64,000 nt of DNA from Candidatus Fermentibacteraceae bacterium (GTDB lineage Bacteria; Fermentibacterota; Fermentibacteria; Fermentibacterales; JCC-6). Every line of letters begins with the position of its first letter. Within the stretch, counting starts at the first letter, position 1. Shown in pieces: positions 1 to 9,943 of the stretch. The notes under the pieces are model-generated. The model saw only the letters and a program-made list of their open reading frames with translations, did not search any database and was not told the origin of the DNA. Where the stretch lies: positions 25,987-89,986 of the forward strand of contig JBGSZS010000021.1 in assembly GCA_041750285.1 (NCBI GenBank). Direction: 5' to 3'. Both the position numbers and the translations under genes were made by a program.

Positions 1-135
1 GGCGATGAGCAGCTTGAACTGGCGCATAAGCTCGTCAAGCTTGTCTTTCAACAGCTTGTGACCCCTCAGGGCGAGTTTCACCCTGCGCTTGAGCTGAAGC
101 AGCTCCATCCTGGTGGCCCGGACCTGAAGCGCCAT
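1..135 (-). CDS. ntpD: V/A-type ATP synthase subunit D (5' part; runs off window edge)
   Basis: Manual translation [37 protein letters not shown] carries the TRMEL and RGHKLLKDK motifs; follows subunit B. Confidence 0.93.
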   Translation of the reverse strand, partial: MALQVRATRMELLQLKRRVKLALRGHKLLKDKLDELMRQFKLLIA

Positions 136-136
136 G

Positions 137-1525
137 TCAGGCCTTTTCCTGCGGCCAGTAACGGTCGAGGTATTCGGGCCTGATGCGCTTCATCTCCTCC
201 CTGGGCAGGTGCTTCAGAAGCTCCCATCCAAGGTTGAGGGTTTCCTCGATACCCCTGTCCTCGTGATCGTCCTGGCTGATGTAGCGTTTCTCGTACTCCT
301 CGGCAAACTCCATGAACTGCCTGTCCAGAGTGCTCAGCGCCGCCACTCCGAGGATGACAGAAAGCTCCCTGGCCTGCTTGCCTGCAGAGTAGGCCGCCAT
401 GAGCTGGTTGAAAAGATCGGCGTGGTCCTCGCGGGTCTTGTTCTTGCCGATGCCCTTGTCCTTCAGCCTGGAGAGGGATTCCATGACGTCCATGGGGGGG
501 TAGATGCCCTTCTTGTGCAATTCCCGGTTGAGGATGAGCTGTCCCTCGGTGATGTAGCCCGTGAGGTCGGGAATCGGGTGGGTCTTGTCGTCCTCGGGCA
601 TGGTGAGGATGGGGATCTGGGTGATGGAACCCTTTCTGCCCTTGATTCGGCCGGCCCTCTCGTAAATCGAGGCGAGGTCGGTGTAGAGGTAGCCCGGGTA
701 ACCCCTTCTGCCCGGAACCTCCTTGCGGGCGGCGCTTATCTCCCTGAGGGCATCGCAGTAGTTGGTCATGTCGGTGAGGATCACGAGGATGTGCATGTCC
801 TTCTCGTAGGCGAGGTATTCGGCGGCCGTGAGGGCCATCCGGGGAGTGGAGATCCTCTCGATGGCCGGGTCGTCGGCAAGGTTCAGAAAGACAACCGCCC
901 TGTCCATGGCGCCGGTTGCCTTGAAATCACGGATGAAGTAGTCGGCTTCCTCGAAGGTTATCCCCATCGCCGCGAAAACCACCGCGAAGCTTTCGCCCTT
1001 GCCGAGAACCTTTGCCTGTCTTGCTATCTGTGCCGCCACCTCGCCGTGGGGCAGACCGTTGGCGCTGAAGACAGGGAGCTTCTGTCCGCGGACGAGTGTG
1101 TTGATGCCGTCGATGCTGCTGAAACCCGTCTGAATGAACTCGGCGGGGTAATCCCTGGCGTAGGGGTTGATGGGCGCGCCGTTGATGTTCACCATCTTCT
1201 CGGGGACGATGGGCGGGGCCGTATCGAACGGGGCGCGGGGCCTGCCCTGCCCGTCGAACACCCTGCCGAGCATCTCCGTGCTCACCCCCAGTTCCACTCC
1301 CTTGCCCAGAAAGCGAACCCGGCACATCTCGAGATCGGTTCCGCTCGAGCCCTCGAAGAGCTGGACAAGAGCCCTTTTCGAGTCGATCTCGAGAACCTTT
1401 CCGTGGCGGATCTCCCCGGATGGAAGTTCTATCTCCACCAGCTCCTCAAAACTGACATCCGTTACCCCGTCCACCAGCATCAGTGGCCCGGAGATCTCAA
1501 CTGTTGTGGTGTATTCCTTGATCAT
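137..1525 (-). CDS. ntpB: V/A-type ATP synthase subunit B
   Basis: [23 protein letters not shown] and [15 protein letters not shown] motifs. Confidence 0.98.
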   Translation of the reverse strand: MIKEYTTTVEISGPLMLVDGVTDVSFEELVEIELPSGEIRHGKVLEIDSKRALVQLFEGSSGTDLEMCRVRFLGKGVELGVSTEMLGRVFDGQGRPRAPFDTAPPIVPEKMVNINGAPINPYARDYPAEFIQTGFSSIDGINTLVRGQKLPVFSANGLPHGEVAAQIARQAKVLGKGESFAVVFAAMGITFEEADYFIRDFKATGAMDRAVVFLNLADDPAIERISTPRMALTAAEYLAYEKDMHILVILTDMTNYCDALREISAARKEVPGRRGYPGYLYTDLASIYERAGRIKGRKGSITQIPILTMPEDDKTHPIPDLTGYITEGQLILNRELHKKGIYPPMDVMESLSRLKDKGIGKNKTREDHADLFNQLMAAYSAGKQARELSVILGVAALSTLDRQFMEFAEEYEKRYISQDDHEDRGIEETLNLGWELLKHLPREEMKRIRPEYLDRYWPQEKA

Positions 1526-1539
1526 GTCGTCACCTCCGG

Positions 1540-3309
1540 TTACAGACCGGCCTTCTCCACCATGGAGTCAAGCTCTGCGGTGATAAGGTCCTTAAGCTCG
1601 TTGATCGCTGAAATGTGCTCTTCGGGAAGGTAGCGCATTCCCGCCACCTTCTCCTTCAGGGGGAAGGCGAAAAGGTCACGGGGCGCAACGCCGGATTTCA
1701 GCGCGCGGCCCATGCCGTCGTGGGTGTGCATTATTACCTCGAGCATGGCTTTCTGCTTGTCGATGGAAGCGTAGGTGTCCACCGGGTGGAAGGCGTTCTG
1801 GTGAAGGAAGTCCTCGCGGATCGAGCGGCTTGTGTAGAGAACGAGCTGATCCTCCGGAGAAAGTGATTCGGCCCCGACCAGCCTCGCGATTTCCTGAAGG
1901 TTCGCCTCTTCCTGGAGAAGGGCCATCGACCTTGTGACCATCTTGACCCATCCCGCGCCAAGGGTCTCGTCGTAGTATCCCCTGAGGTTGCGAATGTAGA
2001 GGGAGTAGCTGTCCAGCCATCCGATGGCGGGAAAGTGGCGCATGTATGCCAGGTTCGCCTGCAGGCTCCAGAAAACCTTCACCACCCTGAGCGTTGCCTG
2101 GACGACGGGGTCGGACAGGTCGCCTCCCGCCGGGCTGACTGCGCCGACCACCGTCAGAGCTCCGCTTCGGCCCTGGCCCCCGAGGCACTCGACCTTGCCC
2201 GCACGTTCATAGAACTCCGCGATCCGTGTGCCGAGGTAGGCGGGGTAACCCTCTTCGCCGGGCATTTCCTCGAGCCTGCCGCTCATCTCCCTCATGGCTT
2301 CCGCCCAGCGGCTCGTCGAATCGGCCATCAGAGCCACCGAGTAGCCCATGTCACGGAAATACTCGGCAATCGTAATGCCTGTGTACACGCTGGCTTCCCG
2401 GGCGGCCACCGGCATGTTGGACGTGTTGGCCACAAGGACCGTCTTGAGGATGAGGGGCTTGCCGCTCTTGGGGTCCTCGAGTTCAGGGAACTCCTGAAGC
2501 ACGTCGGTCATCTCGTTGCCGCGCTCTCCGCAGCCCACGTAGACAACGATCTCGGAATCGGCCCACTTGGCGAGCTGGTGCTGGATGACCGTCTTGCCGC
2601 TCCCGAACGGCCCGGGGACACAGGCGGTCCCCCCCTTGCCAACGGGGAAGAAGGCGTCCACGACCCTCTGGCCTGTGATCAGGGGCTCGTTGGGCGCAAG
2701 TTTGGTCGCAATTGGTCTTGGTTTCCTGACCGGCCACTTCTGAAGCATTGCGAGGCTGCGAGTGGTGCCGTCGGCCAGTTTCACCCTTGCCACGTCCTCG
2801 TCTATCGTGTATTCGCCGGCCTCGGCGACCCATTCCACCTCGCCCGCCGTGCCCGGCGGAACCATCACCCTGTGCCGGATCAGCTCCGTCTCCTGGACCG
2901 ATCCGATCACCTCGCCTCCGGTCACTGCAGTCCCGGGGTCGAGTTCCGGGGTGAAGCCCCACTTCTTTTCGTGATCGAGGCCAGGAATGTTGATCCCGCG
3001 GCCAATCCAGTCTCCGGCCTGTTCCCGCACCTTGTCAAGCGGTCGCTGTATGCCGTCGTAGATGGAGGTGAGAAGGCCCGGTCCGAGCTCGACGGAGAGG
3101 GGAAGACCCGTTTCGTACACGGGATCACCGGGTTTCAGCCCGGCAGTTTCCTCGTAGACCTGAATGCTCGCCCTGTCCCCCTTGAGCTCTATGATCTCAC
3201 CTATCAGCCGGTAGTCGGAAACGTAGACCACGTCGTACATCCTGGCCTCGGTCATTCCCGTGGCCACCACCAAAGGTCCGGCTATCTTGTCAATCCTTCC
3301 GTGATGCAT
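1540..3309 (-). CDS. ntpA: V/A-type ATP synthase catalytic subunit A
   Basis: P-loop [16 protein letters not shown] and [12 protein letters not shown] motifs. Confidence 0.98.
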   Translation of the reverse strand: MHHGRIDKIAGPLVVATGMTEARMYDVVYVSDYRLIGEIIELKGDRASIQVYEETAGLKPGDPVYETGLPLSVELGPGLLTSIYDGIQRPLDKVREQAGDWIGRGINIPGLDHEKKWGFTPELDPGTAVTGGEVIGSVQETELIRHRVMVPPGTAGEVEWVAEAGEYTIDEDVARVKLADGTTRSLAMLQKWPVRKPRPIATKLAPNEPLITGQRVVDAFFPVGKGGTACVPGPFGSGKTVIQHQLAKWADSEIVVYVGCGERGNEMTDVLQEFPELEDPKSGKPLILKTVLVANTSNMPVAAREASVYTGITIAEYFRDMGYSVALMADSTSRWAEAMREMSGRLEEMPGEEGYPAYLGTRIAEFYERAGKVECLGGQGRSGALTVVGAVSPAGGDLSDPVVQATLRVVKVFWSLQANLAYMRHFPAIGWLDSYSLYIRNLRGYYDETLGAGWVKMVTRSMALLQEEANLQEIARLVGAESLSPEDQLVLYTSRSIREDFLHQNAFHPVDTYASIDKQKAMLEVIMHTHDGMGRALKSGVAPRDLFAFPLKEKVAGMRYLPEEHISAINELKDLITAELDSMVEKAGL

Positions 3310-3323
3310 TCGGCTTCCTCCGG

Positions 3324-3650
3324 CTATTCATCCTCGCTCATCAGATCAACTCCAACGGCTTTGATGATCAGTGTTCTTATGGCATCCTCTCCCCGGTGGC
3401 GGCTGCCGGATACTCCGGGCAACACCACGACCGCGGGCACGGGCAGACCGAGGGTGTCGGCCACCATGTCCTCAACTTTTTCGAGAATCTCCTCGGTGAC
3501 CATTATCACCGAGACCTTTTCCCTCACAAGACGGGAAAACGTCCTTCGAATACTCTCCCTGTCACCGGGGGAGTAAGTCTCCACTCCCAGTGCCCTGAAG
3601 CCCAGCACCGAGTCGGCGTCGCCCATGAACGCGGTTCGCCCTTCGGTCAT
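3324..3650 (-). CDS. ntpF: V/A-type ATP synthase subunit F
   Basis: [14 protein letters not shown]-terminus, IIKAVGVD C-terminus, operon position. Confidence 0.93.
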   Translation of the reverse strand: MTEGRTAFMGDADSVLGFRALGVETYSPGDRESIRRTFSRLVREKVSVIMVTEEILEKVEDMVADTLGLPVPAVVVLPGVSGSRHRGEDAIRTLIIKAVGVDLMSEDE

Positions 3651-3661
3651 CTACTCTCCAT

Positions 3662-4627
3662 TCACCTGGGAAGCCGCGCCAGCAGCTTCGCGGTATTCAT
3701 GTCCGCCTTGCGGGCGGCGGCGGCAAGGTTCAGATGCAGGGCTTCGAACTCCCTGCGCAGCACGTAGGAGAAGAGCAGGCCAGGTCCGAAGGGATTGGCG
3801 GCCAGCCCGTCAAGAAGGTTCAGGCAGACCCTGTCGCTCTCCCTTTGAAAAGGCAGGAATGAGCCTCCGTCGAGGGCCTCCTTCAGTGTCGCAGCGGGAG
3901 CCTCGAGTCCCGTCGTTTCTCCAAGTGCTTCGGGAAGCCGGTTCTTCCTCGCGGCGTCGGTGACCTCTTCTGCGGAGTGAAACCCCCCGGAAAAGAGAAA
4001 ACCCTCGAGTTGCCCGGCGGATGCGCCACCTGCCGCAAGCCTGCCTGCGGTGAGAAAGTTCCTGAGTTCGGCCCTGGTACGGATGAAGTTGTCCAGTCCG
4101 GGGTCGAGGGGAGCCAGATGAACCCTTTCGACAATGGCGGCAAGCTGGTCTAGTATCATGTCCACCCTGATGCTGTCGGCCGGCTGGACGGACTGCGCTG
4201 CCTCGAGCGCCGTTCTGAAAATGCCGGGAAGCTCTCCCGCACGGGCCGGATCGGTCCAGGCCTTGACCAGCAGCGAGACGGGCAGCGTTCCTTCCTCCTC
4301 GAAGGGCACATCGCCCTCTCCGCCTGAAGCCAGGTCCTTCCAGGCGTACCTGGCATTCCTGACGTCGCGGCGCAGAAGGATCGCCCCGGCAAGACCAATG
4401 CCGGGGTCAAGCTCCATCAGTTCGGTCTCAGCCATGGAAACCGCATTGTTCAGGGCCTGCTCGATCGAGTCGCCCTGGATCAGGCGCCCGTACCATGTGT
4501 CGCCGAGGACTTTAAGCAGCTCGTCATAACCCTGTGCGCCGACGATCTGAGACCACATTCTCCCGGAAAGGAGTGTCGATTCGAGGGCGCTGGTCCGGCC
4601 GGCTGCATACTCCCAGGAGGAACTCAC
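3662..4627 (-). CDS. ntpC: V/A-type ATP synthase subunit C (AC39 family)
   Basis: YAAGRTSALESTLL N-terminus, size, position between E and F. Confidence 0.85.
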   Translation of the reverse strand: MSSSWEYAAGRTSALESTLLSGRMWSQIVGAQGYDELLKVLGDTWYGRLIQGDSIEQALNNAVSMAETELMELDPGIGLAGAILLRRDVRNARYAWKDLASGGEGDVPFEEEGTLPVSLLVKAWTDPARAGELPGIFRTALEAAQSVQPADSIRVDMILDQLAAIVERVHLAPLDPGLDNFIRTRAELRNFLTAGRLAAGGASAGQLEGFLFSGGFHSAEEVTDAARKNRLPEALGETTGLEAPAATLKEALDGGSFLPFQRESDRVCLNLLDGLAANPFGPGLLFSYVLRREFEALHLNLAAAARKADMNTAKLLARLPR

Positions 4628-5214
4628 AGATCCTCCAGCCTTTCGAGGGGAAGAAGTCTTGAAAGCTCCATGACAAGTTCCTCATGAACCAGGGAGGCCA
4701 CCATGTCCAGTGTGGCGTTCTGGCTTATCTTTCCCGACCTCAGTATGACGCCGCCCCTGGACGAGTGACGGTCATTGGAAAGGCGGAACCTCAGCCCGGG
4801 AGAGGAGTGGCTGTCGAGGAATGACTGGGTGATCCTTTCCCCGTCATTCCCGGAGATGATAACTTCCACTTCGCCAGTCAGATCGCATTTCCCGAGAAAC
4901 GAAGCTATCAGGCCGGTGTATTCCGGGCTTGCCACCAGGTCGTCCACGGCCCGGTTCAGGGCGTCATCCATGAGGCTGCGCCTGGTGTTCAGAAGGCTTC
5001 TCTCCTCGGTTCGAAGAGCGTTGTCGCGCATTCTGGCCTTCTTTTCCCGCAGGTTCTCGAGAAGTCTGGCCCTGTCCTTTTCAGCCCTGACGGTAAGTCG
5101 GGCGCGGATTTCCTCGAGGGCGGCCTTCTTCTCATGACGGGCCTGGGAAAGAAGTCTTTCCGCCTCGGTTTCCGCGTCCTGAATGATCTTCTGTCTAATG
5201 GCCTCGAGGGACAT
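4624..5214 (-). CDS. ntpE: V/A-type ATP synthase subunit E
   Basis: MSLEAIRQKIIQDAETEA coiled coil and GGVIL..G.I..NATL motif; start may instead be TTG at 5223. Confidence 0.88.
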   Translation of the reverse strand: MSLEAIRQKIIQDAETEAERLLSQARHEKKAALEEIRARLTVRAEKDRARLLENLREKKARMRDNALRTEERSLLNTRRSLMDDALNRAVDDLVASPEYTGLIASFLGKCDLTGEVEVIISGNDGERITQSFLDSHSSPGLRFRLSNDRHSSRGGVILRSGKISQNATLDMVASLVHEELVMELSRLLPLERLEDL

Positions 5215-5219
5215 TCCCG

Positions 5220-5675
5220 TCAACCGATCTGACCGAGCATGAGGAAGCTGACGAGGAAGCCGAGAATGGCGTAGAACTCAACGAATACGGCGAGGATAAG
5301 GGCTTTCCCCGAGTCATCGGGCTGTTTCGCCGTCATCATGGCACCCGAAGCGCAGACCTTGCCCTGATGGATCCCGGAGAGAAGCCCGGCGAGACCCACC
5401 GGAAGCCCGGCCGTGAATATCTTCCAGGCATCCGCGGGTTCGAGCACACTGATCCCGGCAATCTTCTGCAGAAGCAGGAAGGCGATGACGAATCCGTAGA
5501 TGCCCTGGGTTCCCGGAAGGGCGGAGAGCAGGAGCAGCTTTCCGAATTTCTTCGGGTCCACGCTCATGACGCCCGTGCTTGCCTGGGCTGCGATGCCCAC
5601 TCCCACCGAGCTGCCAATTCCGGCCAGGGCGCAGGCAAAGGCGGCACCCATGTAAGCTATGAGATTGACTGTCAC
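5220..5675 (-). CDS. ntpK: V/A-type ATP synthase rotor subunit K (4 TM, Na+-binding signature)
   Basis: LPGTQGIYG, IHQG and VEFYAILG match the Na+-coordinating residue pattern of E. hirae NtpK. Confidence 0.95.
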   Translation of the reverse strand: MTVNLIAYMGAAFACALAGIGSSVGVGIAAQASTGVMSVDPKKFGKLLLLSALPGTQGIYGFVIAFLLLQKIAGISVLEPADAWKIFTAGLPVGLAGLLSGIHQGKVCASGAMMTAKQPDDSGKALILAVFVEFYAILGFLVSFLMLGQIG

Positions 5676-5709
5676 TTTCGTTGTCCTCCCTGTGGACTGG
5701 TGGTCACTT

Positions 5710-7713
5710 TCATTCAGGTTTCAATTTCAGCTGACTTATATCGCCAAGGCGTACGAACCGCGGCTGGTAGCGCAAAGGAGCGAATGGAACGCCGGTTCCG
5801 TCGTAGAACTTGCCGAAGAACTCGACGAACTGAAGCCTGGCCGTGTGGATGAAACCCGAGAGGACGGCCATCGCGAGGTTGAACAAATGCCCGGCCACCA
5901 GTACCAGGACCGCAAGGACGATCCCCAGGCCGGCTATGCTTCCCGCCAGCATTCCGGCTATCTCGTTGATGACCTGGGCGATGATGGCGCTGGAAAGCGC
6001 CAGGGCGAAGAGCCGGGAATAACTGAGAACATCACCGAGAAGGTTCACTATGCCGTATGTGGCGTAAGCGCCAAGGCCGACTTTTCCGCCTATGCTCGCG
6101 GCAGACCTGCCCCCCATGACGAATATGAGAAGGGCTCCGGCAGCCAGGAGGATGAGGAAGACTTTGTCCGCCGGTCCACTGATGTCGTATAGAGCTCCGT
6201 TCAGAAGGTATCGGTTGAACAGCCAGGGAAAAAGGCCGACAATTGCAAGCATCCAGCCGCTCTGTTCGAGCACCGCCGCAAAACCGTCTCCCTGCCTCAG
6301 TCGTTTGGGAAGGTTGACGAGCACTCCCCACGCAAGCTGGACCAGTCCAAGGGCCAGGGTCAGGTAAAGGAACTGGTTGGAGACCGAAAATCCGGGCTTC
6401 CCGGGGGCGTACCCTGGAACCAGTCCGTTGAGGAGCATGGCCGGGGATTGAAGGAATCCGGGAAGGGAGTAGAACTCGATGCCGAACCAGCCCCCAAGCA
6501 GGACACCCGAGACAATACTGGCGATGCCTCCCTGGAAGATGAGCCTGAAGAGCCTGGAATTGCCTCCCCTTCGCTTCGTGAGCCAGATGCCAAGGGCGCT
6601 TCCCAGGACAAGGGCCGCACCGTAACCGGCGTCGCCGATGCAGATGCCGAAAAAGAGTGCATAGAAGGGGGCGAAAAGGGGAGTGGGGTCGGGATCGGCT
6701 CCCGCCGGGCGCCCGAACATGTCCGTCAGGAGCAGGTAGGGGTCCACCGTCGCGTTTTCAGACAGGAACACGGGCGGGGTTTCGCCGGGTTCGGGCTGTA
6801 TCTCTTCGATACCGGCAGCAGCAAGGTTCTCGAGTTCCCCCCGAAGCCTCGCGACATCTCCCTTGCGCATCCAGGCGTGCAGGACCAGAACGTTCACGGA
6901 TGAAAGCCCGCCCGATGCCATCTCGTGTCTGGCTGCCGCAAGACCCAGGGCATCGTAGAGCATCCTGAGTTCGGAAAGCCTTCCTGTGAGTGACCGGGAC
7001 TCGCTTTCCAGCCGGGCGAGCCTGACCCTGCATTCATCGAGAGTCCCATCGATCCTCTGCAGTTCCTCCGCTGGGTCGGCGGAAAATCCCGCGAACTCCC
7101 CGGGAATGAAGCCGAGCGAGGTGAGCCGTTCCCAAAAGGCCGCAACCTGGCCGGTGTGAACAACACAGACGAGTTTGTCGCCCCCATGAGGGAAAACGGC
7201 CGAGGCCTCGAACTCGCCCGAAAGCAGACCGGCTGCGCCGGGCGCGTCGGGGATGGTTCCCGCAAAGACCGTGAAAGCCCCCTGCCGCCCGACAAGGTCG
7301 AAACGGCACGGCAGAAATGACCACTTTTCGAGGGAACGGCGACGGGTCTCGAGGTCACGGATCGACTGGCCGGTTTCGGTGATGCCGGACGAAAGGGATG
7401 AAGCTCTCTCCGTGGCCTCACGGAGGGAATGGTCACTCAGCACCTTTTCAAGAACGTCTCTGGTCACCGAAATCTCGGCCTGGCCTTTCCCGTCAGTGAA
7501 TTCGGAGAGGAACTGAATGGCCCGATCGAGTTTCAGCCTGAGTTCGCGAAGCTCTTCCACGTTTTCGGGAATGAACCGGTCAAAGCCCGGGATCCCTGTC
7601 GAGTCGGCGCCGGCGAGATGCACCATGCCTGATCGCTCCAGGATCGCGAGCACATCGGAGCGATGCTCATGGTGACAGAGTATCTCGACCTTGACGACGG
7701 TTTCCCTTGCCAT
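5710..7713 (-). CDS. ntpI: V/A-type ATP synthase subunit I (a)
   Basis: DPTP..APFY..FFG...GDAGYG, LSYSRLFALAL and HTARLQFVEFFGKFY motifs. Confidence 0.96.
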   Translation of the reverse strand: MARETVVKVEILCHHEHRSDVLAILERSGMVHLAGADSTGIPGFDRFIPENVEELRELRLKLDRAIQFLSEFTDGKGQAEISVTRDVLEKVLSDHSLREATERASSLSSGITETGQSIRDLETRRRSLEKWSFLPCRFDLVGRQGAFTVFAGTIPDAPGAAGLLSGEFEASAVFPHGGDKLVCVVHTGQVAAFWERLTSLGFIPGEFAGFSADPAEELQRIDGTLDECRVRLARLESESRSLTGRLSELRMLYDALGLAAARHEMASGGLSSVNVLVLHAWMRKGDVARLRGELENLAAAGIEEIQPEPGETPPVFLSENATVDPYLLLTDMFGRPAGADPDPTPLFAPFYALFFGICIGDAGYGAALVLGSALGIWLTKRRGGNSRLFRLIFQGGIASIVSGVLLGGWFGIEFYSLPGFLQSPAMLLNGLVPGYAPGKPGFSVSNQFLYLTLALGLVQLAWGVLVNLPKRLRQGDGFAAVLEQSGWMLAIVGLFPWLFNRYLLNGALYDISGPADKVFLILLAAGALLIFVMGGRSAASIGGKVGLGAYATYGIVNLLGDVLSYSRLFALALSSAIIAQVINEIAGMLAGSIAGLGIVLAVLVLVAGHLFNLAMAVLSGFIHTARLQFVEFFGKFYDGTGVPFAPLRYQPRFVRLGDISQLKLKPE

Positions 7714-7715
7714 CT

Positions 7716-8030
7716 TCAGCGGTCCTGCATTATTCTGCGCCGAAGGAGTTCAAAGGCCTTTTCCTGAAGCTCGCCGGACCTTTCCCGCAAACGTTCCTCG
7801 ATGCCCCCCCTTTTCCTGCGAAGCTCATCACGGTATGCAGCGGTCTCCGTGGCGATGTTGGCCGTTTCCCTCTCCTCAGCGGCAGCGAGGGCGCTTTCGT
7901 ACTTGTCCTCGATCTCCTTCAGAGCCTCAGGGATCGAGTTCCTCTCGCTCTGCGCCTCCCGGCCGGCCCTCTCGAGAATCTCCGCAGCCCGGGCTTCCGC
8001 CTCGAGGAGTGATTCAAGGCTTTCGCTCAA
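7716..8030 (-). CDS. V/A-type ATP synthase peripheral stalk subunit H/G
   Basis: 104-aa Glu/Arg/Ala coiled coil (LLEAEARAAEILERA) heading the operon. Confidence 0.75.
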   Translation of the reverse strand: MSESLESLLEAEARAAEILERAGREAQSERNSIPEALKEIEDKYESALAAAEERETANIATETAAYRDELRRKRGGIEERLRERSGELQEKAFELLRRRIMQDR

Positions 8031-8179
8031 GTGATTCCACCCTTTCGCTGGACACTGACAACAGTGCAGTTGTGGATATCATATGTCAAACAGCTTGAGA
8101 AAACACACGTAAATGAATACGCTATAAATATATATGGAGTTATCAACGCAGAAGGTCGGTTTTCCACAATCTCCCCGGA

Positions 8180-8539
8180 TCAGCCCTTCTGCGATCCCTC
8201 TTTGCCGCTCATGCTGCAGTGCCCCTGAAAGAAGACTCCCTCTTCAATGACAAGGCTTCTCGTGAAAATATCGCCTTCGACCCGGGAGCCGTTCTGAAGC
8301 TCGAGCTGGTTCTCAGCCCTGATCGTTCCGTTGATCGTTCCGCCGATGACCGCCTGGGCCACGGAGATCTCGCCCTTGATGCGGCCCTCGTGACCGACTG
8401 TAAGGGTTGAGGAAACGGTTACCTCGCCATCCACGAAACCATCAACCCTCAATCCGCCCTGGATGTTCACTACGCCGGTTACCGAACTGCCTGCCCCGAT
8501 GATGGAGTTGATCGCGTTACCAGTGTCTTCTCTGCCCAC
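8180..8539 (-). CDS. Bactofilin (polymer-forming cytoskeletal protein)
   Basis: SIIGAG..VTG...LRVDG.V.G and LVIEEGVFFQGHCSM beta-helix pattern. Confidence 0.93.
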   Translation of the reverse strand: MGREDTGNAINSIIGAGSSVTGVVNIQGGLRVDGFVDGEVTVSSTLTVGHEGRIKGEISVAQAVIGGTINGTIRAENQLELQNGSRVEGDIFTRSLVIEEGVFFQGHCSMSGKEGSQKG

Positions 8540-8551
8540 TTGCTTCTCCCG

Positions 8552-8902
8552 TCACTGATCCTCCGGAGGGGCGCCCTGCGTGGCAAGGTTTTCTATCACC
8601 CTTCTGGTGGCTCTTATCTCTTCAAGCTGCGCTTCGATCGATTCCAGGCGTGCATCTATGTCGGAGGCCATTGCGAGGCTGTCCCTGAGGCTCTCGATCC
8701 GCCGGTTCAACTCGGCCTGTCTGGACTGCCCCACTACACCAGACACAGAAATGTAGACAGAGGCAGCGATCGCGATTGCCACAAGAGCCACCGCAGTCCG
8801 GAAAAAAGGCGCTCCCGCTCCCGAAACGCGAAGTTCCCGCCTTTTACCGTGGGCTGAATGGGGAATCACAGCAATGGTGAATCCCTCGTGCCTCCGCGCC
8901 AT
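8552..8902 (-). CDS. Single-TM coiled-coil protein resembling the N-terminal region of M23 peptidases
   Basis: FTIAVIPHS...ELRVS, then a TM helix and coiled coil; GGAGG RBS; precedes bactofilin. Confidence 0.65.
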   Translation of the reverse strand: MARRHEGFTIAVIPHSAHGKRRELRVSGAGAPFFRTAVALVAIAIAASVYISVSGVVGQSRQAELNRRIESLRDSLAMASDIDARLESIEAQLEEIRATRRVIENLATQGAPPEDQ

Positions 8903-8968
8903 ACACCCTCCGTGGTGAGTCTTCCGCAGCCGCTAACCTAATCCGGTGAACCGCCTGGGGCCAATGCC

Positions 8969-9943
8969 TCAGAGACGCCCCAGCAGTCCGCGAATGTCTT
9001 CGGCATTCATCCCGCGGCCCAGAGCCGACATCAGAAGCAGGCGGATCTTGTGCCCCTGCATGTCTCCCGCGGTTATTGCCCCGGCTTCGACAAGGTCAAC
9101 ACAACCGCCTTCGTAGGCGTACACTCCCAGAACCCTGCCTTCGTAACACCGGCTGGTAATGGCAACCACCATGCCGGCGCTGATGGCCCTTTTTACGGCG
9201 GATGCGGTTTCGGGCGGCATGTTGCCGCGGCCGAATGCCTCGATTACCAAGCCTTTGTAACCCTGGTTGGACAGATGGTCCACCAGTTCGCCCCCAAAAC
9301 CCGCCGCGCACCGAACAAGTCCCACCCTGCTGTCCAGTACTACGGGACCAGCCGGCATTGAAAGCCTCCAGAGAGGCTTTCTGTGAAGGATGACGCCATC
9401 TTCGTCAACAAAGCCCAGCGGGCCGTAACCCGGCGAGGAAAAACTGCTTGTGTTCGATGTACATGTTTTCGTGACCCGGCCGGCGGCGTGGATCTCGTCG
9501 CCGAGAACTACAGTTACTCCGAAATCATGAATTTCGGAACTTGCGGTAAGGATGGCGGCCCTGAGATTTCGCGGGCCGTCCACCCCAAGCTCACCCGGAC
9601 TTCGCATGGCGGCGGTGAAAACCACCGGCATGGTTCCCCGCAGATGAAGATCGGCAAGGAACGCGCTTTCTTCGAGTGTATCTGTGCCATGGGTCACCAC
9701 GACCCCCCGATACTCCCGTGAAGCCTCGAGCTGCTGGAGCCTGGCGGTGAGTTCGAGCATGTGAACCGGCGTCATGTGGGGGCTTGGAAGGCTGAACTTC
9801 CTCTCGTTGTAAAGAAGGATGTGTTCTGGAATACCCGCCGAGTTCCTGTCGAACTCGATGCCGGGTCCTATGACAAGCCCCCCCTGTCCCGGGGCCATCT
9901 CAATCGTGCCGCCGGTGGACAGGACCAGGATCCTCTCAGCCAT
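8969..9943 (-). CDS. L-asparaginase
   Basis: STGGTI and THGTDTLEE catalytic motifs. Confidence 0.95.
   Translation of the reverse strand: MAERILVLSTGGTIEMAPGQGGLVIGPGIEFDRNSAGIPEHILLYNERKFSLPSPHMTPVHMLELTARLQQLEASREYRGVVVTHGTDTLEESAFLADLHLRGTMPVVFTAAMRSPGELGVDGPRNLRAAILTASSEIHDFGVTVVLGDEIHAAGRVTKTCTSNTSSFSSPGYGPLGFVDEDGVILHRKPLWRLSMPAGPVVLDSRVGLVRCAAGFGGELVDHLSNQGYKGLVIEAFGRGNMPPETASAVKRAISAGMVVAITSRCYEGRVLGVYAYEGGCVDLVEAGAITAGDMQGHKIRLLLMSALGRGMNAEDIRGLLGRL

Noticed and set aside
134..3576. Long plus-strand ORFs (499 aa and 513 aa) opposite the ATPase genes
   Set aside because: Antisense shadow ORFs typical of high-GC coding DNA, with no motifs. The same applies to 14816-15697, 30559-31572, 48211-49179 and similar ORFs.
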